A DNA stretch of 63,924 nucleotides, filler included, from Lama guanicoe (GCA_013239625.1; 212 parts of 212 records of this genome joined end to end with filler, not necessarily neighbours in it); one strand, 5' to 3'. Numbered from the whole stretch's first letter, positions 24,363-36,844 are shown. Numbers and translations are program-made. Notes: generated by a model from the letters alone, not told the origin.

Positions 24363-25682
24363 NNNNNNNNNNNNNNNNNNNNNNNNNNNNNNNNNNNNNN
24401 NNNNNNTTAATTAATTAANNNNNNNNNNNNNNNNNNNNNNNNNNNNNNNNNNNNNNNNNNNNATTTGACTTTTTGCAAGCTTTTGTACAAATGTATAACA
24501 TACATGCATCATGTTGACACTGAGAGAATCAGTCTGTAGTTTTGTGGATAAAAAGTACCATATCTATAGTATTTGTGGTGTTGAAGAAAGCTTTGCAATA
24601 TGTACAAAATCCCAGTTAATTAAAAATTGACATTTAGTGGTTGGTATGCTTCCAAATAGTAGCANNNNNNNNNNNNNNNNNNNNNNNNNNNNNNNNNNNN
24701 NNNNNNNNTTAATTAATTAANNNNNNNNNNNNNNNNNNNNNNNNNNNNNNNNNNNNNNNNNNNNCCGAGAGGGGCGGGCAGCAGCGCCCCAGGAAGTCAG
24801 CTTCTTTAGAGAGGAGCCTCTCCCCCGGGCTACACTAGTCTTTTCTCTGAGTTCGTTTCCTCGCCTTTAATTGGGGCTAAAGTCATCCTCACCTAATGTA
24901 GGCTCACAGCAGCCACAAGGTCTTTCTGGACACAGATGTCAACTCGTCCTCCCCGCTCCCCTTACCNNNNNNNNNNNNNNNNNNNNNNNNNNNNNNNNNN
25001 NNNNNNNNNNTTAATTAATTAANNNNNNNNNNNNNNNNNNNNNNNNNNNNNNNNNNNNNNNNNNNNCTTATGTGTTGGATCTATTTGGAATTTATTTTGA
25101 CAAGTACAGTGTGAGTGAGAGAGGTGTCACGGGCACTGTGGCTGACGCGTCAAAACTGATTCGGCCCCTGGAAATCAGTCCGAGCCCCTGAGCACAGGGC
25201 TCTCCCCTGGAGGCTGCCACTGCAGCTGAGCTAACGAGACAAAGGGAAGGAGTTTTCACGGTGTGACTNNNNNNNNNNNNNNNNNNNNNNNNNNNNNNNN
25301 NNNNNNNNNNNNTTAATTAATTAANNNNNNNNNNNNNNNNNNNNNNNNNNNNNNNNNNNNNNNNNNNNCTTTGGTCTGTGAATGTACTCTCAACACATCT
25401 CAAGTTTTAATCCCAAAGAAAAGATCTATGTCACATCCATATCTCTTCTTGGGCTTAAGGCAGGTGAGATCTTTTGGCATCCCAAGTTTAAGAACTGCCT
25501 GCAGCCTCCACAGAAGTGAGTAGAGGGAGAGGGGGAAGAGAAGGAATCCAGTATCAGCCAAGCCTGCTTCNNNNNNNNNNNNNNNNNNNNNNNNNNNNNN
25601 NNNNNNNNNNNNNNTTAATTAATTAANNNNNNNNNNNNNNNNNNNNNNNNNNNNNNNNNNNNNNNNNNNNCTGTGTTTGCAG

Positions 25683-25793
25683 GACTCCACACAGGAGATG
25701 GGACAGGACCTGGTCCATGAAGGCCCCCACTCCATCTCCTTGCAGGAAGGGCAGGTGCCCCACAACACCAACAGAGCCCAGAACAGGCTCAGG
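25683..25793 (+). CDS. Candidate internal exon, 111 nt, gene unassigned (DSTQEMGQDLVHEGPHSISLQEGQVPHNTNRAQNRLR in phase 0)
   Basis: TGTTTGCAG acceptor ending 25682, AGG|GTGAGT donor at 25794, length divisible by 3, no stop in that frame. Confidence 0.45.
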
Positions 25794-26274
25794 GTGAGTG
25801 CCAGCGAGGAGACTCCACACCCAGGAAGCCCCGGGTCCCAGAGCTGCCCTGCTCCTCCCCTGGGCTCCCTCTNNNNNNNNNNNNNNNNNNNNNNNNNNNN
25901 NNNNNNNNNNNNNNNNTTAATTAATTAANNNNNNNNNNNNNNNNNNNNNNNNNNNNNNNNNNNNNNNNNNNNTTGAAGGACTTGAAGTCTAAACAGAGGC
26001 AAATGGATATGCTGGCATGTGCAGGCAATAAACACTGACTAAGACAATGATTGAACATATTGTAATAAGCAATTATGCCAAGAGAAAGGGGCCAGACCCA
26101 AAAAAAAAAGAAAGAGTTCACACTAAAATGATTCTCCAGATATAAATAATTCTTAAAAACATAAAAGAAACTTTNNNNNNNNNNNNNNNNNNNNNNNNNN
26201 NNNNNNNNNNNNNNNNNNTTAATTAATTAANNNNNNNNNNNNNNNNNNNNNNNNNNNNNNNNNNNNNNNNNNNN

Positions 26275-26476
26275 GCACTTCAATCTCACAAAGTGTTGTT
26301 TCCCAAACAATGCAATAACTGAGCTTTTAGAAATTTATTTCATCATTTTATCAAGCCGGATAATTCTGGCAAATTGGGGGCAGTATGGTGAGACAAATGA
26401 ATTTCATGTGCATAAGCTTTCTGCCACATTTTCTTCACCATAAAATTAGTTCCGTGGTCTGACCTGACGCTGTATG
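26275..26476 (-). mobile_element. ERVL internal (integrase) fragment, degenerate
   Basis: The minus strand matches, with degeneration, the recalled ERVL integrase stretch HSIASDQGTHF..EV..WAHAHGIHWSYH.P..PE.AGLIE.WN.LLK. Confidence 0.6.
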
Positions 26477-26576
26477 NNNNNNNNNNNNNNNNNNNNNNNN
26501 NNNNNNNNNNNNNNNNNNNNTTAATTAATTAANNNNNNNNNNNNNNNNNNNNNNNNNNNNNNNNNNNNNNNNNNNN

Positions 26577-26778
26577 AGAATCAGCAATAAAAAACCTCCC
26601 TACAAACAAAAGTCCAGGGCCAGACAGCTTCACTGGGAAATTTTACCAAACAAAACAAGAGCTCATACCGATCCTTCTCAAACTCTTCCAAAAGATTGAA
26701 AAGGAGGGAACATTCCCAAATTCATTCCATGAGGCCACCATCACCCTGATACCAAAACCAGACAAAGACACCACAAAA
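26577..26778 (+). mobile_element. L1 ORF2 fragment at the start of the RT region, frame open
   Basis: From 26578 it reads [67 protein letters not shown]. Confidence 0.95.
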
Positions 26779-28179
26779 NNNNNNNNNNNNNNNNNNNNNN
26801 NNNNNNNNNNNNNNNNNNNNNNTTAATTAATTAANNNNNNNNNNNNNNNNNNNNNNNNNNNNNNNNNNNNNNNNNNNNAGTGTCCTACGCTGGCCTTCTT
26901 TAGGTAAGAGTTAGCATAAAGTCATAATATTCTCAGTGTGAAATATTTAAAATTGAAATATCGTTTCAAGATAAAATGTCGACAGCAGTGGTTTTCAAAT
27001 ACAGAGGTGATGATTCCATTCTGGAAAACTTGATGAACCTACTAGATAAACTTACTACCTTATGAATGTACGAAAGAACANNNNNNNNNNNNNNNNNNNN
27101 NNNNNNNNNNNNNNNNNNNNNNNNTTAATTAATTAANNNNNNNNNNNNNNNNNNNNNNNNNNNNNNNNNNNNNNNNNNNNTCTTTTAATCTGTTAGAAAT
27201 ACTCCAAGTACCTCTGAAATCACTGTGTCGGGTGAGTGGCAGAACTGTGTTCACTGCAAAATAAACCAAATGGAGCCCTTTTTCTTTCTATGAGCCCAGT
27301 CAAAACCAGCCTTTCAGGCCAAAGGTAAAAATATTATATTTATACCTCAATGCAATATATCTTGCCTCCAAAATGCAAAGAANNNNNNNNNNNNNNNNNN
27401 NNNNNNNNNNNNNNNNNNNNNNNNNNTTAATTAATTAANNNNNNNNNNNNNNNNNNNNNNNNNNNNNNNNNNNNNNNNNNNNTAAGCACCCAGGACGTGA
27501 ACTGAAGGGGCGCCTGCAGAAAGCGGAAGGCGACTCCGGGAGCCTGGGATGAAAGCACCGCTGCCACAGGCCATTCCTGTGTGCCAGGCTCCCCGTTCCT
27601 CTCCCCCTTGACGCCGCCACCCCGACATTCGCCTCCCCCTCACTCTGATCCCCTCGCTGTATTCCTACTGGGTGCCGGACTTGANNNNNNNNNNNNNNNN
27701 NNNNNNNNNNNNNNNNNNNNNNNNNNNNTTAATTAATTAANNNNNNNNNNNNNNNNNNNNNNNNNNNNNNNNNNNNNNNNNNNNACAGTGACTGAGGTGT
27801 GGGTGGTATAAACACAGGCACCTAGTCCCACTGAGAAATGATATGGTCATCTCAAAAAGGACCTAGTGAATCAGCATCAGGGTGTTATGCTCGGTTCTCA
27901 GGACTTTTGGTAGGAAAAATACAGGAAATTAAAGTAAATTTAGAAGGCAGAAAATAATAGGAATTAAATAGCTCTGTGAATAATTTNNNNNNNNNNNNNN
28001 NNNNNNNNNNNNNNNNNNNNNNNNNNNNNNTTAATTAATTAANNNNNNNNNNNNNNNNNNNNNNNNNNNNNNNNNNNNNNNNNNNNTTTTATCTCTTTTT
28101 CTTTTCCAACCTGTATGGCTGTGATTATCTCAAGGTTTCCCTCTGCATCATTCATTCTGTTTTCATCAATGCCTAGTCT

Positions 28180-28288
28180 GCCCGTTCATTCATTCACTCA
28201 CCACATATTTATTGATAACTTATTATTTGCCAGGCATCTTTCCTGGTATTGGGGAAACAACAAGACAGGCAAAAGTCTCCCTCTGGGA
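28180..28288. mobile_element. L2 3'-end remnant
   Basis: TTCATTCATTCACTCACCACATATTTATTGATAACTTATTATTTGCCAGGCA...AACAAGACAGGCAAAAGTCTCCCT. Confidence 0.65.
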
Positions 28289-28690
28289 NNNNNNNNNNNN
28301 NNNNNNNNNNNNNNNNNNNNNNNNNNNNNNNNTTAATTAATTAANNNNNNNNNNNNNNNNNNNNNNNNNNNNNNNNNNNNNNNNNNNNAACACCGTGGCT
28401 TCTTTTCTGCCTTCCAAACCTCATACGCGATTGTGGGCGGTGCTAACCTGGAACTATGCACAGAAGGGTCTAAGCCATAGACCTCAGCTTAGCTGAGTTG
28501 ACGCAATATGAGCCCATCCCAGCCGGTTGTAGGAACAGCACGATGACCAGGGTGGCTTGCCTTCCTCATCTTTGCTCTGGTCTTGTGCCTNNNNNNNNNN
28601 NNNNNNNNNNNNNNNNNNNNNNNNNNNNNNNNNNTTAATTAATTAANNNNNNNNNNNNNNNNNNNNNNNNNNNNNNNNNNNNNNNNNNNN

Positions 28691-28892
28691 GATGTTTACT
28701 TTGAAATCCACCATTCCTTGGATACCTGTCATGGTTTGTTAAAGAGACTGACAGCTCCATTATCTCTGAAATGCCTGTGTGTAACTCCTATTAGCGTGAG
28801 CAGGACTTGTAGCAGCAAGGCAATTTGAGATTATAGTCTTTCGTCTTGCTCCAAAGAGTGATGCTGAAAATTGGCTTTCAGGTAAACAGTAA
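28691..28892 (+). repeat. Near-identical contig pair A, copy 2
   Basis: Matches 3927-4128 with 6 substitutions. Confidence 0.97.
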
Positions 28893-29596
28893 NNNNNNNN
28901 NNNNNNNNNNNNNNNNNNNNNNNNNNNNNNNNNNNNTTAATTAATTAANNNNNNNNNNNNNNNNNNNNNNNNNNNNNNNNNNNNNNNNNNNNGCAGGAAC
29001 AAAGTAGCAGGTGCTTTGAAGGCGGGCTGAGCCGTCTCACTTCCTCTGAATCCTCCCCAGTACCCCATTCTGATGTCCAGAATCTCATTTTTTTCAACCA
29101 GCATACTCACTGTAGAATTGACAGAAAAATCGGTCTCTGCCATGCACAGCGGTTCCAGATTACTGGTTGCAGGCAGTAGAGAGAACCCACACCANNNNNN
29201 NNNNNNNNNNNNNNNNNNNNNNNNNNNNNNNNNNNNNNTTAATTAATTAANNNNNNNNNNNNNNNNNNNNNNNNNNNNNNNNNNNNNNNNNNNNGAAAGA
29301 AAAAGAACAAATTTATGACAGCAGAATTGTTTTCAGGTCACCTACTTTTTTGGAAAAACTGTTCTACCGATGTTTTATATTGCCCCCAGTGGTTTGAGAG
29401 GTGCATTAACAAACCATTTTTCCCTCAAATATATCATTGGCTCCATATCCCCTATGCCAAATGTCTTTGTTGATTTTCTATGACGATTTATAGTCANNNN
29501 NNNNNNNNNNNNNNNNNNNNNNNNNNNNNNNNNNNNNNNNTTAATTAATTAANNNNNNNNNNNNNNNNNNNNNNNNNNNNNNNNNNNNNNNNNNNN

Positions 29597-29700
29597 TGCT
29601 TTGGAGGCACACAGACCTGGTTACTGTGTCACTTAATAGCCATGTAACCTTGAGCAAGTTACTTTGACCCTTTGGAGTGGTTCTGTAGAATACGATTTAT
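29597..29700 (+). mobile_element. MIR remnant
   Basis: GCTTTGGAGGCACACAGACCTGG...CACTTAATAGCCATGTAACCTTGAGCAAGTTACTT. Confidence 0.7.
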
Positions 29701-29898
29701 ACCTTTTTTGCTAGAATGATCAGTTTTCATTTCTGCCTTTTTTATTAAATAAATATTTCACTAATTTAATCTTGCTTAATCCACTCTCATGTTCCTCTNN
29801 NNNNNNNNNNNNNNNNNNNNNNNNNNNNNNNNNNNNNNNNNNTTAATTAATTAANNNNNNNNNNNNNNNNNNNNNNNNNNNNNNNNNNNNNNNNNNNN

Positions 29899-30012
29899 TT
29901 GTCTGCATTCTGAGTTCCCTCTGCTCACTGTCGGGGGTGGAGGTAGCCGCTGATGACTTGATGGCCACAGCATCCTTTGTTTACTGACACAGCTGCCGAT
30001 ACTTTTCATTCA
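29899..30012 (-). mobile_element. ERV1-type LTR terminus
   Basis: GCTGATGACTTGATGGCCACAGCATCCTTTGTTTACTGA...TTTTCATTCA; same family as 47113-47270. Confidence 0.7.
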
Positions 30013-30502
30013 GGCTGGTGAGAAATTTCTTGATGTTGATAACCACAGGGGCCATGTCAGCAGTGCTGTACCTACTAAGAGATTAGAATCTTCAAAAGCA
30101 NNNNNNNNNNNNNNNNNNNNNNNNNNNNNNNNNNNNNNNNNNNNTTAATTAATTAANNNNNNNNNNNNNNNNNNNNNNNNNNNNNNNNNNNNNNNNNNNN
30201 AGTGAATTATAAAAATCAACCTTTTTGTTAGGATGGGAGAAACAGTGATTTAAAAATAGATACTGTCTCATCCTAAGGAAATCTGCATTGGATGCTTTGC
30301 AGAGCATACCTGTGTGTTTTGGAATTGCAGCCTCTGCTGTAAGAGGTAAAAGTGCTGAATAAAAATCGCTTAGATTTTTTTAATTTCTTTTTTTTCCACC
30401 TCNNNNNNNNNNNNNNNNNNNNNNNNNNNNNNNNNNNNNNNNNNNNTTAATTAATTAANNNNNNNNNNNNNNNNNNNNNNNNNNNNNNNNNNNNNNNNNN
30501 NN

Positions 30503-30698
30503 GCTCTATCGACATTCTGGGCTGACGGTTCTCTATTGAGGGGCTGTTCTGTGCACTGTAGGATGCTTACATCATCTTTGGCTTCTGCCCACTAGACACC
30601 AGGAGCACTCCCCTTCCAATCATGACAAGCAAACATTTCTCCAGGAATTGATGTACGTGCTCTGGTGGGCAAAACTTACCCCAGTTGAGAGCTGCTGG
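30503..30698. mobile_element. MER20 (hAT-Charlie DNA transposon)
   Basis: GGGGCTGTTCTGTGCACTGTAGGATG...CCCACTAGACACCAGGAGCAC...GGGCAAAACTTACCCCAGTTGAGAGCTGCTG matches the recalled MER20 consensus. Confidence 0.85.
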
Positions 30699-30804
30699 TG
30701 TAGANNNNNNNNNNNNNNNNNNNNNNNNNNNNNNNNNNNNNNNNNNNNTTAATTAATTAANNNNNNNNNNNNNNNNNNNNNNNNNNNNNNNNNNNNNNNN
30801 NNNN

Positions 30805-31006
30805 AGAATTCAAGAGCGAGCCCCAGTTGAGTAAAGGTAGATTTATTTAGAGATACATCAAAACGCAAGAAAAAGGCCATCAGGTATGGGGGTTGGGTGC
30901 TCAGGTTAGAGTAAAAGTAGAGTGTGGGCTGTCTCCCAAGAGGGAGAGAGTGGGGGCGACTACAAGGCGCTGTGTTGCCAGTTTTTATGGGCTCAGTGGC
31001 TTCATA
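30805..31006 (-). mobile_element. ERV LTR fragment
   Basis: AGAATTCAAGAGCGAGCC..GTTGAGTAAAGGTAGATTTATT (antisense AATAAA) and TTTTATGGG (antisense TATA-like). Confidence 0.6.
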
Positions 31007-31710
31007 NNNNNNNNNNNNNNNNNNNNNNNNNNNNNNNNNNNNNNNNNNNNTTAATTAATTAANNNNNNNNNNNNNNNNNNNNNNNNNNNNNNNNNNNNNN
31101 NNNNNNTACAGCAGGAGGAATAGGCAGAGAAGATCAGTAGCTTCCATCCCCCCCCCCACTTACAGAGCAGGGGATCACTCAAAGGAAAGTGGGGCACCAC
31201 CCCCAGCTCTGATGCAGCGGCACGCAGTTCCACCAAGCAAAAAGGCAACCCATAAGGATAAGAGCTTTAGAGCTCCACTTGAGACTATTGGAACAGAGCC
31301 TAGAGGACNNNNNNNNNNNNNNNNNNNNNNNNNNNNNNNNNNNNNNNNNNNNTTAATTAATTAANNNNNNNNNNNNNNNNNNNNNNNNNNNNNNNNNNNN
31401 NNNNNNNNTGAGTGAATGAATGAATAAATGAATGACCATTGAAGTCATTGGGTTGTTTAGTTATTATTCCAGTCTGTCTTTCCCTCCTCTGTCCTTTCCC
31501 TGAAGTTTCTAGGATATAATAAACCCACAAATCTGCAAAAGAAAGCAATGCCTTTCTCTTGCTTCTGTTTTTCAGGCCAGTATATTGACCTGATAGGTAT
31601 CTATTCAATTNNNNNNNNNNNNNNNNNNNNNNNNNNNNNNNNNNNNNNNNNNNNTTAATTAATTAANNNNNNNNNNNNNNNNNNNNNNNNNNNNNNNNNN
31701 NNNNNNNNNN

Positions 31711-31912
31711 GGCCTGCTTTTCTGAAGCCGAGGGGCACTGCGACGGGCAGCCCTCCTACCCAGCAGGGCCCTCACTTACGATGGCTGGTGGCGGTCAGCC
31801 GGCCCAGCCCTGGGAGGAGCAGCAAGAGAGACAGTATTGCGTGGCCGCCGGCTTCGCCACAGCGATGGCGGTTGGACGCTAAACGGCTGCGGTAGGTGGT
31901 GCGCGGGCGCCT
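31711..31912 (-). promoter_or_regulatory. CpG-rich fragment with a minus-strand splice donor (probable first exon)
   Basis: ACTTAC at 31774-31779 reads GTAAGT on the minus strand; CpG-dense. Confidence 0.45.
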
Positions 31913-32321
31913 NNNNNNNNNNNNNNNNNNNNNNNNNNNNNNNNNNNNNNNNNNNNTTAATTAATTAANNNNNNNNNNNNNNNNNNNNNNNNNNNNNNNN
32001 NNNNNNNNNNNNTATTATGCTGCAAATATTTGTTCCCAGTTTATCTTTTACTTTGTACAAACATTTTTTCTTGCTATTTATTGTTTAATTTTTTATTATG
32101 GAAAAATCAAACATATAAAAAAAGTAGAAAAAAAAGTACCCCATGGACTCATTTCCAAGTTTCACTCCCGTCCCAAGTATTTTGAAGCAGATCCCTAAAG
32201 ACAAAAAAAAAAAANNNNNNNNNNNNNNNNNNNNNNNNNNNNNNNNNNNNNNNNNNNNTTAATTAATTAANNNNNNNNNNNNNNNNNNNNNNNNNNNNNN
32301 NNNNNNNNNNNNNNCAAGATG

Positions 32322-32516
32322 TTGTATTACTGTGGGTTCTCCAGAGTAAAAGAACCGACAGGATATATACACATAAAGACATATATGAGATTTATTGTAG
32401 GAATTGGTTCCTGTGACTGTGGGAGCCAGGGAGTCCCCTGATCTGCTGTCTGTAAGCCGGAGAACCAGGAAAACTGGTGATTTAATTCGATCTGAATTGA
32501 AGGTTCAGAGTCAGGG
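32322..32516 (-). mobile_element. MLT2 (ERVL) LTR fragment
   Basis: TGTATTA..GGGTTCTCCAGAG..AAAGAACC..AGGATAT...GAGATTTATTGTAGGAATTGG...GGAGAACCAGGAAAACTGGTG. Confidence 0.8.
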
Positions 32517-32616
32517 NNNNNNNNNNNNNNNNNNNNNNNNNNNNNNNNNNNNNNNNNNNNTTAATTAATTAANNNNNNNNNNNNNNNNNNNNNNNNNNNN
32601 NNNNNNNNNNNNNNNN

Positions 32617-32818
32617 CGCGAGAGAAGGGGGCGGGGCCAGTGAGAGAAAAGGTAGGCGGGCCTGAAGGGGGAGGCTCAGCCGAGGGGGCGGGGCTCTGGC
32701 TGCCGCCCGCGGTCTGAGGAATCTGAGGCGCGGGGCCGCGAGCGGAGAGGCCCCTGGCCGGCGGCAGGTCCGAGGAGGGCGTTCCCGGAGCGGTTGCGGG
32801 GGAGTCGGCCACCACTCC
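32617..32818. promoter_or_regulatory. CpG-island promoter fragment with several GC boxes
   Basis: GGGGGCGGGGC occurs twice plus AGGCGGGC. The contig begins with CGCGAGA, a possibly truncated TCTCGCGAGA motif. Confidence 0.7.
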
Positions 32819-35800
32819 NNNNNNNNNNNNNNNNNNNNNNNNNNNNNNNNNNNNNNNNNNNNTTAATTAATTAANNNNNNNNNNNNNNNNNNNNNNNNNN
32901 NNNNNNNNNNNNNNNNNNGCTGACAAAGTTGATTGATAACCCTTTGTGCTTTTATGAGAAGAATTAACGCAGAATCCTGGACCAATGACCTAGATCTTTA
33001 AACCCTTTATGTCTTGTACTCGCTTTCGAGGAATAAGAAAGAAGAACAAGAAAGCAGTGTCAGCTTCTATATCGTTCTGAACTGATTACCTTGTTTTATT
33101 TGTACAATAACCAGTCAGATNNNNNNNNNNNNNNNNNNNNNNNNNNNNNNNNNNNNNNNNNNNNTTAATTAATTAANNNNNNNNNNNNNNNNNNNNNNNN
33201 NNNNNNNNNNNNNNNNNNNNTTTAAAGGTCAAGGCTGGGAGGCTGGGCCTTGAGAAAGGGCTGTCATGTATATATTAGGCTCTAGGCAACATTCCTTTAC
33301 AAAAGGTGCAGATCCAGTGGGACTAAGCGCAGGCAACAGAGCACAAAAGGTTAGAACTAAAGGAATAGATCTCATATGGAGTCAGGTTTGTTCTTCTCTG
33401 TCACAGTATCTCATTTCATGTGNNNNNNNNNNNNNNNNNNNNNNNNNNNNNNNNNNNNNNNNNNNNTTAATTAATTAANNNNNNNNNNNNNNNNNNNNNN
33501 NNNNNNNNNNNNNNNNNNNNNNGTGGTTTACCCAGGAGGGATGGGGACTATGCACCAAGAGCCAGGCAGTCAGCTCCTTCTAGGGCTCTGACATTTTACC
33601 TTCTGCTCCCTGCCAGCCCAACACTTGGGACAGTGGAACTAAGGCAGAGATCGTGCCTACCTGTTTCCCAGCGTGAAAAGGGGAATATGTACACTTCCCA
33701 AGGTAGTTATGAGCGACACCTGCGNNNNNNNNNNNNNNNNNNNNNNNNNNNNNNNNNNNNNNNNNNNNTTAATTAATTAANNNNNNNNNNNNNNNNNNNN
33801 NNNNNNNNNNNNNNNNNNNNNNNNCACATAGACCCATATATACACACACACATACAGACATATACAGACAGACATACATAATCATGTTGAAGAAGCACTG
33901 GTAGAAAAACTGACAAGTAATCATTATCTGCAGGAAAGAATCCATGACTGGTAGAAGGCAGTCAAGGAAAAAATCAGTATATTCATTTATTATTTTTTCT
34001 GCAACATTTAATTAGGAATATTTGCANNNNNNNNNNNNNNNNNNNNNNNNNNNNNNNNNNNNNNNNNNNNTTAATTAATTAANNNNNNNNNNNNNNNNNN
34101 NNNNNNNNNNNNNNNNNNNNNNNNNNGTGTCCCCAAATTTTATGCTTTAAAGTCAGTATCTTATTCAGCCACTTAATTTTGGGAATAATGAAAGCTAAAT
34201 GTGCCATTTTATTTGGGTATGTTTATACTTCAAAAGGTAAAATGTATCTTTAATGGAATAAATATAATTTAAAATTTTCATTTTTTAACTTTATTGAAGA
34301 ATAAATGACAAATACAATTATAGGTATTNNNNNNNNNNNNNNNNNNNNNNNNNNNNNNNNNNNNNNNNNNNNTTAATTAATTAANNNNNNNNNNNNNNNN
34401 NNNNNNNNNNNNNNNNNNNNNNNNNNNNATCTGAGGCAGTGGAGTTGGAAAATTCATGAAGTTTGCCTCTGAACAGTGAAAGTTGAGGCAGTAAGTTGAG
34501 AAGGTGCAAGGGAAAAGCAGTTCGAGCAGGACGTGCAGATGGATCCCTGGGTCTGTCACACGCGGTTTGCCATTCAGAGCCATGCCGAGTTAAACAAAGG
34601 ACTCAACTTCCTCGCTTCATTTTCCTAATTNNNNNNNNNNNNNNNNNNNNNNNNNNNNNNNNNNNNNNNNNNNNTTAATTAATTAANNNNNNNNNNNNNN
34701 NNNNNNNNNNNNNNNNNNNNNNNNNNNNNNACCAATGTAGTAAAGGGAGGGGGAAGCTTCCGGTTTTAATCTTGAAATTCATCTCTATTATCTATGAAAC
34801 TAAATTCAAGCTTTTACAGAGGCGCTATTTAACACATATAAAAGCAGCTATAACGTAGCCCTTTTTCACAAGGATTCCACGACATAAGGTAATACTGTCA
34901 GAAGGAGCCTTTACAGCACAAAATATTTAAATNNNNNNNNNNNNNNNNNNNNNNNNNNNNNNNNNNNNNNNNNNNNTTAATTAATTAANNNNNNNNNNNN
35001 NNNNNNNNNNNNNNNNNNNNNNNNNNNNNNNNTTTCAATTAAAAGCTTAAATTCTACTAAGGACATTATGAAAACAGTAAAGATAGTGAATAAATCACCT
35101 TTCTTAATATCAAAGTACTACAATATATTTTGATTTTCCTGGGTTTATTTTTTTTAACATTTTCCCACCTACATGAAAATTTTAATATAATATATCCCTC
35201 TAATCTCTTTAAAATCAATTAAATTATTAAAATANNNNNNNNNNNNNNNNNNNNNNNNNNNNNNNNNNNNNNNNNNNNTTAATTAATTAANNNNNNNNNN
35301 NNNNNNNNNNNNNNNNNNNNNNNNNNNNNNNNNNTTTTTCAAACAGATTGCTTTCCAAAGGGGAAACAAAAACATTATCTTTTGTTTGACTGCCAGAAAC
35401 ATTTCTGCCATTTTTGCTGCATTTATTTAAATTAAATCCTATTTAGTATTCTGTTATTGCACAAAATGATAAATTGATGAATGCATCCTTAGTTTAGCTG
35501 TTTAATAACGTACCCATTTTATATTTACAAAGTATANNNNNNNNNNNNNNNNNNNNNNNNNNNNNNNNNNNNNNNNNNNNTTAATTAATTAANNNNNNNN
35601 NNNNNNNNNNNNNNNNNNNNNNNNNNNNNNNNNNNNAAATTAAAAGAAGGGAAAGCCTTTCTTCCCTTTGAGAAATCCCATTTTCCCCAGAAATATACCA
35701 TAGTTTGTTAAGCTCTACTCTGATGAGGTTTTTAAAAAAGGACTAGTGGACCCCATAGGGGTTTGTGCTATGGAGAGTTCTGGCTTCAATTTCCAGCCCT

Positions 35801-36240
35801 GTTGACAGACTGACGACAAACCTCACGCGAGTCCTTTANNNNNNNNNNNNNNNNNNNNNNNNNNNNNNNNNNNNNNNNNNNNTTAATTAATTAANNNNNN
35901 NNNNNNNNNNNNNNNNNNNNNNNNNNNNNNNNNNNNNNGGGAGACAGGAGTGGAGAGGACACCACTTTCAATAACTCAAGCTGGTGGTCTGCATAAAAGA
36001 ACCTGGACCATTCAAAACACATCTCCATGCTTTTTCTTCCACACTTGAGAAAATCGGTCTGCTCTCCTTCATTTTTATGTCAGGAGTTTGGTAATGCAAA
36101 GGAAGTTTCTGATTGTGAGAATGTAGGTGAGCTATTAAATNNNNNNNNNNNNNNNNNNNNNNNNNNNNNNNNNNNNNNNNNNNNTTAATTAATTAANNNN
36201 NNNNNNNNNNNNNNNNNNNNNNNNNNNNNNNNNNNNNNNN

Positions 36241-36442
36241 TGAATACAGTTCCCTGTGCTCTACAGTAGGACCTTGTTGTTTATCTATCTATAGTGGTGT
36301 GTGTCTGTTAATCCCCAATTCCTAATTTATCCTTCCCCCCTCTTCCCCCTCAGTAACCATAAGTTTGTTTTCTACCTCTGTGAGTCTATTTCTCTTTTGT
36401 AAATAAGTTCATTTGTGTCAATTTTTTGTTTAGATTCCACAT
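36241..36442 (-). mobile_element. L1 3' UTR fragment
   Basis: TGAATACAGTTCCCTGTGCTCTACAGTAGGACCTTGTTG...AACCATAAGTTTGTTTTCT...TAGATTCCACAT. Confidence 0.9.
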
Positions 36443-36844
36443 NNNNNNNNNNNNNNNNNNNNNNNNNNNNNNNNNNNNNNNNNNNNTTAATTAATTAANN
36501 NNNNNNNNNNNNNNNNNNNNNNNNNNNNNNNNNNNNNNNNNNAGGAGGGAAAGAGAGTGGGGGAGGCTTTCCAGAAGACATTAGTTACAAAAGAGTTAGA
36601 GGAAAACTTAGCCAGAGATGGGAAGGGAGGTGGGAGTTTCTACTGAACAGAAGGAAGAGCTTGAACAAAAGAACAAGGAGTGGAAATGACATAGTCAATT
36701 AAGAGAGGGCAGGTGATATGTTTTGATTAGGATATAGAATGAGANNNNNNNNNNNNNNNNNNNNNNNNNNNNNNNNNNNNNNNNNNNNTTAATTAATTAA
36801 NNNNNNNNNNNNNNNNNNNNNNNNNNNNNNNNNNNNNNNNNNNN

